Of a DNA stretch of 64,000 nucleotides, positions 49,384-62,913 are shown one piece after another. Below the pieces are notes generated by a model that did no database searches, was not told where the DNA came from, and was given only the letters and a program-made list of their open reading frames with translations. Each line of letters begins with the position of its first letter. Position 1 is the stretch's first letter. The position numbers and the translations under genes were made by a program. This DNA comes from Haplodiscus bocki (Eukaryota), in assembly GCA_965655095.1 (NCBI GenBank), contig OZ296652.1:103664001-103728000 (forward strand). Reading direction: 5' to 3'.

Positions 49384-51299
49384 AACTACACAATCCACGA
49401 CGACTTGCGTTAGTTACAAATACGGTTCCTAGCAGAGGCTATGTCCTGCTAGAAGTTGATTTAGGACTAGCCGCCCGATTGTGAGTGCAGCCACCATTAC
49501 CGAGGCTTATTTTTGTGATTTTCCATTTTTCTAAAATTCCCTTTTTGTGATTTTTCCCCTTTTTTGCTAAGACCTAGTACTAACTATTAACCGGTAAAAG
49601 TAAAACTTCATTTTTCACGACCTATTGGCAGTCCCTATGACGTATGCCTTGGTCGCAGATAAAAAAGAATAAAATTTATTTTTTACTGGTTTCCCGTGGG
49701 TCCGGACTGATAATCGGCAGGGGCTAAAATACCAGTTTAAGATTAAGACACCATTTGGTAGTCATTTTTTATACTAAGAGTAGTGTAAAATGCATGTAAT
49801 GTAAAATGCATGTAATTTGAACCCCCTTTCTCTAGAGACTGGCCTATCCAGCTTGGGACTAAAACAGGGGCTAGTCTTTTTTAACCCGTCAACCGTAGGG
49901 TTCCAGAGAGTGACTTGGTTTAGCTAAACGTAACATAAAACGTAAAATGGCGGGCTAAAGAAAGCCGACCAGCGATAAGACGGGACTTGTTCGTCACCCG
50001 CACTGGTCAGAAAAGTAAAATGGTGTATGTGAAACGTTTAGTCCTATTATCAGGCAGTGGATGTGGATGTGGATTATCTTTATTCCTGATGTTTCATAAA
50101 ATTAATTTATAATTTTAAAATTTATTGGGACTAAATTTGAATAGTCCAAGAATCTATTGTAACAATTTGATCTATAATTCAATCGGACTGAATTGAACGA
50201 GTCCAATTTCTATTCATGATTTTATAGATTCTAAATTAAATTCAATTCAATAACTTCAACGTTTATATTTCATTTCATAATTTCAATTCGGACTAAATTA
50301 AATTAGTCTGAATTGGTTGATGTTGATTTCATTTATAATTTTAATTCGGACTGAATTAAATGGGTCTGAATTAACTAATGTTATTACATTTTCACTCCTA
50401 AAGTGAAAATATTTTAATGTTAACTATTCCTCATAATAATTTGTGGCATCCCCCTTTAGATCCTGTTTGTTAATCTTCTGACTTCTTGCCGGGTAAATTG
50501 TTCAATGTTAAATTTGTTGAATAAATCGAAGTTATAAGTTGGTATGTTGAATATCTGCAACAAAATAAGAGCTAACTGCAGCTTATAGCGATAAAGACCA
50601 TATGGTGAATTTCCCTGTGCTATTCCACGCTTACAGCCTCTGACGGAGCTAAGCTATATCCCCCTTACGTACGTGCAGGCAATTTCATTTCCGAAATTCA
50701 ACATGTTGGAACGCTACTGCTGATAATTCAACCTTTCTTTGTATTCTCCTTCACTATAGCTCGAAAGTCCTTGCTTGAATTCACGCAATCCCTTTGTTCG
50801 CACGGTTAAGCAAGGCACACTATTGAGACTTGTAAATATTAGCCGTCGCTACCATGCAGCAGTGCTGACCAACCGGACTGCCAGCATAGCTAAGTAAGTA
50901 ATAGACCTTCAGTACCCCTACCACGTGCGACACATGTATTCCTGATATGGGTTCTATCTGAGAAACCGGAAGCACTTTCAGACCAACATGTTTTTTGTTT
51001 TGCTCAATTGTCTTGTTTTTCGTTGTGATAGTGGCTCCAATTTTTTACTGGTCATAACAATACTTAGTAGAGTTTTGCTTTCCATCTCGCACCATATGAA
51101 CCGTGGTCTCTGTTGGGTTTTCTTAACTACAGATTTTTGTCACTTTTACAACAGCGTCGGAGCTGTATGAAACGTTTTTCGAAAAATTTTCAGCGGCTAC
51201 TGATCGTAGACAACTCAAAGGGTGTCGTTTTTTAAGTGGCGTGATCAGTAAGTCCAACCAGGCATAACTCGAAATTGACATTTTCTTCAAACTTTAGAC

Positions 51300-54200
51300 C
51301 ATCCTCAAGCTTTGCCCTTACTCCTCTTTTTCATTTATTGGATTGATGGATAGGCTAACTTTTATGTGCGTTAACCCTGCGATTGATCCAAAAAAATTTT
51401 TGGAAGTCAATAAAATCCTTGCTTCAAAAAACAGGGTCGATATTGGTATGAGTTGTTTTCGGGAATTTTTTGAAACTTTGTTTCCTTCAATCTTTCTCTT
51501 TTGAATTTTTTTGAACCTGCTTTCCACGAAAATGCCTGACAATCTTTAAAAAAGTGTGGATTTCCCCCTTTAATTTTTATTCCAAAAAATGCCGTCAAAA
51601 CCGAAATGTAATGGTTTCGTGGCTGCCTAAAATTGGTTTCTTTTCTTTTTTTGCTTTTTGACTAATTCTGAGGTCTCAATGACGCAAATTCGGAAGTTTA
51701 TATCAGGAATTTTTCCATCATGTTTTCCGATGTCTCCAGTTACCAAACAATTTTACGTTTGAAATCTTTTTTGTCTCATCCGGGTGAATGGCGTTAAGGA
51801 CCCTTTGTCGCATGACTGCGGTTGCAAGTGCAATGTCCATGGAATGAATTCTCAAGCAATCTTGTAGTTCGGCTGTTGAGTCTGTAAGGTTTGGTTGGGT
51901 TAAGTACTCATTTCTAGTTTCCGATCCAAGAATCATCAGAAAAATGATTCTTGTCTCGAGCACTAACTTCTTCAGCAAATTGTTCAAACCGCTGTAAGAT
52001 CGAACTGAACCCTTTTGGTATTCTTTTCAACTTCTGCTTTTTTAAATGGTTTTGAATATGATGTTCATCTGCATTTAATGCAATATTGTAGTCTTTCTCA
52101 TACCGTGTTCTGCAATCTTCATCATAGCAAAAGTCATAGGGAGTAGTTTTCCACCACTTTTGTATCCGTTCCTTTTTCTTTGTACTCTTTGCACTGGTAG
52201 TTGGGGCCATTTTTTGGTTGTTTGGTTGCTCACGTCAGTGCCCTTCACGACGTCTCTCTTGGTGTGCCCGCGCTTGTCCGTTATCAAAACGTCCACCATC
52301 ACAACTACCTCCTTTCATTTTCAAGTCGGGTGGCACGCTGACCAATTGTGACTGCTGTACAACCTAACGTCAATTTGATTTTTTGTTTTACAATTTGTTA
52401 CAATTTTCTGATAAGATTCGCGATCAAGGTTTTGGTTTCTTTCTCAGAACGTATTCTAGACCAGTTCCCTCACTTCAATGTTTTTCCTAGTTTCTGTTCA
52501 GTTTGAATTCGAACTTGCGGTTTTTCCAAAAAAATTGATGCTGTCAATTGATGACTTACTTTGACTGAGTGGAAATTTAATTTGATCGCTTTCGAGTTTC
52601 GGATTTTTCAGCGAATAGATGATTACAGCCAAGCCTACGGCTCTCTACTTCTATTAGCGTGCCGTATTCATTAGGTCTTTTTCATTTCACGTTTTTACTC
52701 CATTCGCAAATTCGCGAAGTAATATTACTGTGTTAATGTTGTACTCCTCGTCAAAGTGCATCCCAATGTCCGCCCTGTAAAGACGTCTGCCCCAATATTC
52801 GGCGACCTTGAATTAGTTTTCCGATGTGTGCTGCACCGCTAACTCAAAATGCAAAAAATTATCCAACTATCCAGTTAACATTGCGCTGTATCTTTTATTA
52901 CTTCAATTTTTTAGTAGCAACAGTTGCATTGATTGATGTTAGTGAAAAATTTCACCGGTCTGGCATAATTGCAAAATTTGAACTGTTCCAATGCCCATAT
53001 CACATTGATTGTTTGAAACTTCAAGGTTGTAACAGTTTTGAGTAATGAAAATCTGCTACCGGATTCAATCGGTTTTATTGCATCATCTTCTTGCGTTCGC
53101 CATTACCTTGCTCCAAAACAGGTCTCCTCATTATTAGTTTTCCCAATAACTTCCGGTAAATCAGAAAAACATCGTAGTTTCGTCAAACCTCAAACAAAAT
53201 ATTCTATTACTATTTGTCTATCCTCTTGCCAAAATCTTTGTCACTGTATTGTCTTTGTTAAATCGTAGCGTACTTGTGCTTTTGTTTTGGCAGATCTTTG
53301 ATATTTTTGTGCAAAACAGAGTTTTGTCCGCAAAAAATTTCGAATTTTTTTAGAGTTTTTGCTGGACTCGCGTTTTGAAACTTTTCTGGTTAGTTCTGAT
53401 TCAGTTTGATTGCGTTTTTCAAGTTATGATTACCGACATTTATTAGTTCATTTATGCGAATCTGTTTCCTGCCAACTCATTTGATACCTGTCCATTTCTA
53501 GCATTTGGAGCGCATTCACCAGGTTGGTTATTCACTCTTGTTTTGGTTCCCTGTAGACCTACATTCACGTGAGGTACCCAAGCGCTTGTCATGAATTTTG
53601 ATCTTCGGTCGACTTTTTCATGAAAAATGATCAGTATTTGGCTGGACATAAGGAGATCTTTCGAACCTGTAGAAATTGCTTATATTTCGTTTGATGAAGA
53701 CATTTGAACAATATTTGCTAGTTTCCTCATCTGATCCTCTTTGTCCGTATGCATACTGCAGAGCTATCGCCGACGTGAACAATCCTTATCTTTGTCTTTT
53801 ATGATTATTGAAGAAAACTGTTGTTTAGATTAGCCATACTTGGCATCTGCAGTCGAGTGATATTCTAAGTTTTGCTTACGTTTTGAGAGTGTAGAGTAGT
53901 CTCTTGTGTTCCAATTTTCCGATGAGTATTTTTGTAGCCGACCATTGTGAAAATTGTTTCCAATACTTTTTTTGCATTCTTCAATCATTATTTCCTCTTA
54001 CAGTCAATTTTTTGTAACCAGTTTGTAAAAATTTGCAGAAAACCGTTCTGTTTTCCTCTGAGCTGATAGAATGTCAGAAAAACGAGTATGTTTTATTTTC
54101 ACACTCTGATATGTTTTGTTATTGTCGAAAATGTCTTCCTTAGTTGCGTGCAGCCGTCATTCCAGTGATTCAGCTAATTGTTTGTCTGTTTCTAGTGATG

Positions 54201-55300
54201 CCTTGATTGGCCCTTCTTTCAAAGTTTAGTGCATCAACTCATGTTGAATCGAAGAGTGGTGTGAAATATCCACGGCCTGAAAGCATCAGCGGTAAATGCT
54301 GTTCGTTCTTAATCACAAAAATTGTCTTCTAGGCTTCGAAATCGTCACGTTCTAATTTGTTTATACTCCGTCTTGGTGATCTTCCAATTTCTGCAAGTGG
54401 TTCTGGTATGATGTTTTGCTTCACTTGTCTGGTGATGATTTTGTTGACGATACGGTATCGATAAGGAGTTCGGTTTTGTTGCTGTTGTTTCCAATATTTC
54501 GTTCTCCATCCCTTTTTTCACCGCATGGGTTTGCTCTAACGGTAACATCGGTACTTGACTTCAGTTTTTTGTTCCGTTTCCTCGCCTCTTGGCTGCCTTT
54601 CCTTGTCTCTTCTAATCCCTGTATTTTCGGATGGTGTCCGTTTTTTTCCGTAGTTATTGCAGTCGCTTTGTACTGCCAAGGAGTCATGTTCGAGTCACCA
54701 TTTTCGTGTTTTACGGAAGACACTTGCTCTCAGTTGTATTTTTGACAAACCTTCTGTACTCCCTCCGTGGACATGAAGTCTTCGCCCAGGTTCCTCCTCT
54801 TAAGTGTCTTGCATAGTTCTGTCCACCATCACTGTCACGTTTTCTCATTTATACGCGATGCCCCGTAGTTTTGTATCCTCTGTTTAAATTGTTTTTGAAA
54901 CCAACCGTAAGTTACCAACCGTAATGACTTCAATTACAGTTTTCCACAACTCGCAAAATTCGTTCTTGTGTGGCTCGGGCGCTTAGTTTGGTTGCTGTTT
55001 AGCTCAGATGAAGTGTTTGCGCCTGTGAAAAGCTTAACGTACGTGAAAATGTGTCAGATGTGCTATCAAAACAGTCTGAAGTTGTAACAAAGACTTCCAA
55101 GTAAAATTTTTGATCGAAATACTTTGTTGTCGTTTGGTGTTCTGCGGTAGGACCTAGTGCCCAAAGAGAGTCTTCTGTATCTTCTTTGCGTTGTTTTTGC
55201 ACTTCTGTTTGACTTTTCCGCACCTGCTATCAAGAGTGGATCATCACTTTAGCATACTCTTTCAGTATACTATTGAAACCACACTGGCCAAGTCAACCGC
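51300..55300 (-). mobile_element. decayed LTR-retrotransposon gag/pro-like remnant
   Basis: Gag-like fragment EDSLWALGPTAEHQ (~55150) and scattered charged ORF pieces; heavily disrupted. Confidence 0.35.
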
Positions 55301-56625
55301 TTGAATGTTTTTGTCCCGTTGAGTCGCATGGATTCAAATACGACTCTGAGACATTGAGACCTTTCTCTAACAGTTCTTTTCTTGTTTTAGAAACCAGCTG
55401 GCAGAACCATGTTACACTTTAAATTAAATCTTATCCCTTTTCATTACTTTGGGGATACAGATTTTCTTTTTCAAATTGAATTCAAATCCAGTTGTTACCG
55501 TGGTTGTTTTACTGAAAAAATCAACTGTAAAACTCAATAAAATTAAATAACAATTCTTGAACAAAAACCTATCCCGTTGTTTTCTTATTATAGTTACTCT
55601 ATCTGATGGTGACTGGTAACTTCTAGTGCACGTTGCTTACAAACACGATTCTATTCTTTGGATCTCAGAGAGCCGCGTATCACACTGGTTTCAGATTTTT
55701 AACGACAATCTGGTAGATAAATGGAAATGAAGCTTCAGTAACATCCGAAGCATAAAAGCTTCGACAAAAAAGCAGCCCAAAAAGGCTTCGAATAGCTCAA
55801 GGCTTCACTGTGAGCTAAAGGACGTCAAGATCTGATATTGTAAACGTTCTCGTCGATCAAACTTTTTGTAGATGAACTGCCATTATCTTGGTAAACCTCA
55901 ATCAGACCTTGCAATGATCATCAGGCAAAAATGCCATGGTTTAAGCAAACCTTCCACTGAAATTGATGATGTTGCCGAAAAAAATGGTAGCAACAATAAT
56001 TTTGCACTTTTTGTCACCTAGACTCCCTCCCAATTACTTGACTCAATTCAGAAAAACATATGAGAACCGGGATCGAATTTTTGGCCTAACTTTTCCCAGT
56101 ATAAAGCATTAGAGACGGTCAAAATTGGCCACAGAAACCGTTTTAACTGGAAAAACCACAAAGTTAACGGCCTTTAATTAAAAAATATGTTATAACACAA
56201 AAATCACTCTATTAATTTGCCACTTTTCATAAAAATGCCAACAAAAGAAACCTCATTTGGATTACCTTTTTGAGAAAGTATTCTTCTGACTTAATTGACT
56301 TCTGATCAGAATATCTTGGGAGGAAACATGCGAATGGAGTTTCTCCTTCGATGGGGTTACTCCGACGAGCAACCATCTTAGGGTCCTGAACATGAACTCT
56401 TTGATTTTTTTAAAAGTCCAGAAAAATTTTGATGCACTTCAAGAATAATTGGCATGGCAGCCACTTCATTGTCCATGATAAAGCATGGAATGCTTGTAAT
56501 GGAACATGCTTAGCCCTGGAAAGATTTCCACAATCATGAAAAAGCTGCCATGTTCCATGGATCACAGGAAGGTTGCCATGAATTTTCTCCGCCATAACAA
56601 GCCTACCACGGCTTAAATGGCTGGG

Positions 56626-58107
56626 TGATATGCTCGCATCAGGGATATCTAACTACATACACATCAATTTGCAACTAACCTATGTACTGACATGAAGCCC
56701 TTTCTCTAACTAGAATAACCTGAGAGAGAAATAATTAATGCAGCAACCTATGAGAACCGTTATAAAAAACATTATGTTGTGTTACTTCCCAATTCACGAT
56801 ATGAACAGGAGTACATAATACGATTATTGAAATTGGATTCAAAAAGAAGCAACAGTTGATTCGGCCGAAACATCGACTCCGAAAATCGTCAATGGAACAC
56901 GTCCGAACATGAAAATAACCAATACAAACAGATGAGAAAATACCTTATAAAACACCTTGTACCAATTACAACACATATACAGTATAGACGAGCTAGAATT
57001 TGGCATAATCCGTGTACCGATTTAAAGAAGTGTGCTGCTGAACGAAGGTCAGCAAGTGGGAAAAAACGAACTCCACATTGTACACGTCCCGCTTCAGCCA
57101 AGTGTACAGTAGTATGGATAAGAACAAAATACTTGAATTAAACACGACTTTCACGTCCCAGCATTACGCATACTGTTTCATTCAGGTAGACAGGTTGAAT
57201 GAGAAATACAATTTCGATTGAAGCATAAAACAAATAAAGCATGGAAAAAGATGAGCTCAATGAACAAAAACGAAAAAAACCTTGAACAAAATCTGATAAA
57301 ATTTGGAGTCGAAGACTAAGAAGTGATGTCATCTTTTCGGGACAGATTAATTGAACTCGAAAACACAAATTCACAAATAGGTGCTTCTCATGCATAGAAA
57401 CGTTAGATAAGCAATCTACTTACCATTTCACGCCGTTTGGTGAAAATCTAATTTTTTCACCACCATTTTGCTTGTACCGAAAACATTCTCGGTACGCTAA
57501 GTAATTCGTTTGAAGAGGTGCTAAAGTGAGATGCCTAAATTAAAATTTGTAAAAACCAAACAGCCGGTGATAAAATGGTCACGTGAACAACTAAATTTAT
57601 ACTTAAATAGAGGCCCAAACGCAGGACAGTACGCAATAAACAGTCATAGAGAATACACGTCACCCGGTCGCTGCAAAACTACGTCATTATTGTTCCTGTA
57701 TATTCGATTCTGTAAATACGTACTTTGCTTTCAACAAAAATCTAACTGCTTCAATCATACTATGTAAAATACAAGTTTAAACAATATTCTCTCTTCATCC
57801 AGCATAAAAATTAGTATGTCAGAAGAAAATCGAACGCCAACTAGACAGCTCTTCGAAAAAGTTGATGTGCACCTTTCGGGTGTGCCAGCCAGACAGGGCG
57901 AAGACAATTGGCAGTCATAATTGCTTGATCGGAGAATGTCTTCGAGTGAACTCGACAGGAGGATAAGCGCGATGGTTGCCCCCTTAGCTACGCAGTTAGA
58001 AACGTTAATCCAATCAGTGAGAAAACTTTGCGAGACAAATTCGAATCGCTCGACCGAAGGGGACGCTATATGTGAACAGTCGAGGTCGTTGGGTGAACGT
58101 TCCGACA
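56626..58107 (+). mobile_element. probable solo LTR (1482 bp) ending in a gag-like ORF start (ATG 57816)
   Basis: TG...CA termini, 5-bp TSD CTGGG (56621-56625 and 58108-58112). Frame MSEENRTP...LDRRISAMVAPLATQLETLIQSVRKL (one stop) runs to the end of the element. Confidence 0.7.
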
Positions 58108-59128
58108 CTGGGTTACCTGAGACATGATAGGAATGTGATAGAGTACTTGCTGACTTCAAGTGAAGCTTTAGAAAGTTTGACACCTGCCAACTTCGACATC
58201 TTTTATAGCACTCAACTTGTCGAAAAAGCTTTCAAAATAAAAGGTCGTAGTATCTTTGAGAACCGATTAATAGATTTGATGATTTCATTGAGAGTTTAAA
58301 ATTTAAATATCCACAACCTGACCGTCAAACGATTGCAAATATGCCTGCATTTTCTTTGAAAATCGCTTGATATTATAAAATGAAAAATGACGTTTTTCTC
58401 CGAACAAGTTGACTTTCGCTGAAAAAAAACATATGAGAGTATTAAAAAATTGCAATTTTAGTTAAGTTCTGTTGCAAACCAAGCAATAAAACCCTTTAAC
58501 CAATTGTAGGCGGAATTATTACAGTTTCTCCAGTTTATCACCTTGTATTAGGTTTGTAGGCTTTGAGTTTTCTAAATTTTTGGGTTTTCGTTTTTCCAGG
58601 ACGGTCGAAATTCTAGAATTCCAATGCTGAACTGTACAATTTTTGTAGAATTTTGTCGATTTCATCGAAACAAAAAGAACAAAAGCCATTGTAACAATCG
58701 GGCATTTTTCTTTTCGAAACGCCTACTAAAGTGCTAACCACAAACGCAAGTTCGTCGCCGTACACCAGCAGTGTCTGTGACGACAGAACCCAGGAAAGAA
58801 GATGCTCCTAAAATTACCAATGCCGCCAAGTCTATGAGACGGAGAATGCCAAAGATTGAACTCTTGACATACATATCAGAACAGAATTGATCCATAAATT
58901 TCCTCAAAAAAGTAAACAATTAGTTTTAATCAAGACTACTGCTACAAAATGCAATTAACTCATCACAACAATTTGCTGCAGAAAAACCAAAAATCGATTG
59001 AAAAATTGGAAAACGCGCAATGCACGATTGATTATCATTTTGGTAAAATTTCGGCAAAACCTGAAGTTCAGTTTTCGTTGACTACATTATTTGTTTCATT
59101 GAGTGCTTCAATTTCATGCTATCTCAGC

Positions 59129-60103
59129 TGTGATGAGCGTGCGCTCGCCGGTCAGAATTTGGTCCTAATACCGGAAAGTCGCCATCCTGGAAGTTTTGGA
59201 AATTACGAATGTCATCATTCCTGCTTGTCTTCATCTACGTTTTAATCCAATCGGCTAGAGTCTGACATGAGTGGGGCGTTTTCAGTAATTCCTGTGAAAT
59301 CCCATCGATTGAGGTTTTGGTCCACACTACTGGGCCCTTGTCCCGATGACCCGGTGATTGATATCACGGCCATCTCAACTCGTGGAATTACCACATTGTC
59401 CATTGCTGTCAAAGTCGCGTCGTGCATGCGATTTTCGACAGTCAAACAGCATTGTCCGCCGCTTTTCTAATTTTGTCGTCAATACTACTTCCTGTGAAAT
59501 GGTTGTGACTTGCACTGTCAACAATTCTCTCAAAATCATTACAATGACCATTGATCTGAGGTTCTTAAGTCTCATTTCCCATTGCACTTACATTGGCATC
59601 ATTAACAATGACAAAATCATTTAAAGTCTCGTTCAACTGACTAAGCTGTCTTTTCTGTTGGTTCTTCTTCTTTCGTGGGGAAACCATTTTTGTAAACAGA
59701 TAAAGTAAAACCAAGTGCAGAAATCCCCAACGTACATCAAACATTGTTATCAAAATATCAGAGAAGCAAGTTTCATCATTAAGAAGAGGAGTTTTTCAAT
59801 AAACAAATCAAGTTTTACGAGTGAAATGTGAAAAGATTGTTTGAAATATGTTTTTCTTCAACTTATCGCCATGAAAGTTTGGTTTAGTTATCGTTTTCTT
59901 CTGTTTCTTTCGTTTACGTCAAGGAAAATTTGAGTGTCATTCCTTTTCGTCGTCAACCAATTGGGTTTTTTTCGGGGTGTCCTAATCTGCGAGGTCGTAA
60001 CTCTAGTCTTGAAGTAGTGGGAGAAAGTTCTCTTGGTGCTCTCGGTTAGGGTTTCCGTTATTTATGTGATAAGTTATTCTGTCACAGGCGGCAGCCTGTG
60101 ACA
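59129..60103 (-). mobile_element. solo LTR of another family (975 bp) ending in a gag-like ORF start (ATG 59687)
   Basis: Minus-strand TGTCAC...TCACA termini, 5-bp TSD TCAGC (59124-59128 and 60104-60108). MVSPRKKKNQQKRQLSQLNETLNDF... Ends GCTCATCACA, like the 3092 LTR. Confidence 0.82.
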
Positions 60104-61178
60104 TCAGCCCCTACTGAAATTGAGAAATAAGGGTCACTCTAACTCTGCGTCAAGCCTTGGCCATACCCGAGTCTTCCTCAAACGTACTTCCGTTCCCGTT
60201 GCTACGATGAATCAGATGCAATGATTGCAATTATTGGCTTATCAAAACATGCCATTGGTGTTGACTAGGACACTGGTTGCATGTTATTGAAACCGAAGAA
60301 TGGTTTACATCAGATCACCGAGAAGTTCGAGCTCTGTAAGGGTAGTTTGCTGTTCAAGAGTTCAATTTTGGGTTTTTTCTGCGTTTGAATTTATCCTCCG
60401 TGAAGTTCTTTCGGATTCTGCAGAATACGATATGGTAAAGGTCAAGTATCGATTGGAGGTAGGTTAGTCTTCACACAGTTTGACGTGTTACATCTCTGCT
60501 TCAGTGGCAATTGTCTTGTGCAACACGCTTTCTAAATGAGGTTGCGGAATGTGGAGTTGATTGGGGGTGCCGAAACAGTCGTAGTGCAGGACCCTACATA
60601 GGAGCCGAATCTCGTATATTCCATCATTGTGCCGAATGGTATTTTCAAGGATATAAAGTGTTGTTTTATATTTGAGTGAAAATGCTGATCGTTTGCAGTA
60701 GGCTGATTGGTGACTGCTTGCACTACGGAAACTCTTCCAGAATATTGGTGCTTTGAATGATTAGTTGTTGTTGGAATTAAGAGAGGAAACCTTGTTCCGT
60801 GATTGAGATCTTTTAATATCTGCACTACCGCCCTTATATGGACCAAAAAACGGTATATTGAAGTTTTATTTGGAAACCAGAGTTCGCGGTCGGATGCAAA
60901 TCTTTCCTTCAGAGCGTAAAGGAAATCAAAAGGCTCTAAGGCCGTGATCGATGGCAGGAAGTCTTGAGTTATTGCGTCAAACCTAATGCAGCTCGGACGT
61001 ACCTGTTGGCGGTAAAATGATGATAGGTGTGGAGAAGATTGTACTGAAAGTTATGTGATAATCGGTGTTACAGGCGATGGTCAAATAGGTTTGATTGGCA
61101 GTTAGGGTAAATCTGGTGACGAGGAGTAGAACGCCTGCATGGGCTAGCTTCATTCTTGGGAAACAAAAACTCTGCAAT

Positions 61179-62913
61179 TGTCGCAGCACGTCTGCGAGGC
61201 TTGTGGACAATTGCTCCCTGAGCTGAAGGACATACCAAGCTCGTCGACAACAAACTGAAAACTCAAGATTGAAAAGTTTTATTTAAACATTTTCCGCATC
61301 AATTTTAAATTAAGGATACGTAGTAGTTACGTATCCACCTTGTACACACATATGTAATTCATGTAAACGATACGTAGTAGTTACGTATCGTTCGATAACA
61401 TGTAGTTCATGTAAAGAACACATATCCGATACGTGTAATTCTGGTGAACTGATCCTGATTGGGACGGAACAGATACGGAGCAAACGGATATTCATTTATT
61501 TCCTTACTGTATTCTTATATTGATATTAGGTGCTATTTTATATGATTTATCTAACTAATTATTATATAAATCCAACTTTTCATCGACGTGTGCAGTAAGC
61601 AGTTTATCTAGGTTGACAGTTTCAACAAGTTTTCAATAGCTTAACTATTATTATAGAGCTTGATTTTAAAAGTGAATTTTTGTTCCGTCTGTGTTCCGTC
61701 GTAACTAATCTGGTGACGTCACTAGAATTTCTGCCAATCCGCTGTTTCACTTTAGAGGGACACGGAACAGCTACGTAGCCACCCGATTCATTCTCATCAG
61801 TAGCGCTGCGGAGAGCAGTGCTGCAAGCGGCTACGTAGTCGCTCCGGAACGCTCCGGCCAAAATGAGGCGTGAGCTGGTAGAAACGTGGATTGGACTAGA
61901 AAAAACCTAATTTTGTTCCCAACAGTGGTTTTTATCGATGCAGTACGTAACCACGTGTAAACATTAACTTGTCTAGCATTTATGTGAATTTTGTTTTATG
62001 TATTTCATTTATTTTTCCGATGCGTTTAATTAATTTCCTCTTATGGAAAACTTCTTTGATCTTTTGTTATGTTATTATTTAATGTGTCAAGGCGGGAATA
62101 ACCACTTTGATGTCCATTTCCGACGGATCAGACCAGTTTTTTTTCCGTCAAAAGGTGGAATCGACGCGGTCCGTGAAGGGAGAAATGGACGGAGAGGTGT
62201 TTATTTCCGCCAAAGTCGGCATTTTCCTTTTATAAATGATATGATTAAAGTACTTTTCCCTATTTGTACCTTAATTGGGCGTGTAAACAAGTATGTTTCC
62301 TACCAAGGGAAGGTATAAATAGGAGAAAAAAAGTACCATTAATATTATATAAATTTTAGCCTTCTGGTATTGTAAATTTTTTTAAATCAATGACTGTTTG
62401 CATTTCTTCAAACCCTTTTACCTCATAATAAGAGGAGATCATCACTTTGGATTATAAAACAAAAATTTCAATTCAATGTTCACTGCTGACAGAACTTTTT
62501 CCTAGTATCATGGCAACTTTGAGGAATAGGAGGAAATTAGCAGAAGTTTCAAGAGAAACACCCGAAAATACCAAAAATATTCAGTCACAGAACACGCTTG
62601 ATCCAGAAATGGCTCTAGAATACATCTCCCAGGTTTCCGACGAGATCGAAGGGAGGGTAATTAAAAGGTTTTCAAAAGAATTCAGTGGGGCAGATTCTCG
62701 TTTCTTGGGTGCTCTGTGAAAACTTGACAAATTCCTTCTGAACCCAAGTTCGGACTTGTTCCGTAGCCGTTCCGGGAAAATCCAGGGACAGCAAATCAGA
62801 AAAACGGGAACCGACTGGGGATCGTTCCCTGGACGATCCCTGTCCCGGGGCGAGATTCTCTTCTCATCACTCTGGCAGTCTAAATAGCTGAGAGGTGGAA
62901 GAATATCCTCACA
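61179..62913 (+). mobile_element. solo LTR of the 3092 family (1735 bp) including gag start at 62510
   Basis: TG...CA, 5-bp TSD GCAAT (61174-61178 and 62914-62918); colinear with 3092-4831. Confidence 0.93.

Larger units (their letters stand above)
48236..50550 (+). other. unclassified insert: duplicated Pol II promoter, tandem repeats and stem-loop chain
   Basis: Sharp change in sequence character at CACGAAGGTGTCGTC. Contains 59-, 32- and 13-bp tandem repeats and multiple inverted repeats. The right boundary is approximate. Confidence 0.55.
47988..50932. mobile_element. probable solo LTR (~630 bp) interrupted by a ~2.3-kb insert
   Basis: TGTCGC...GCGACA inverted termini with 4-bp TSD CATG (47984-47987 and 50933-50936). 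Confidence 0.6.

Noticed and set aside
49700-49736. Possible hammerhead ribozyme (CTGATAA...TAAAA)
   Set aside because: Lacks the intact CUGANGA and GAAA cores; retained only as a generic stem-loop.
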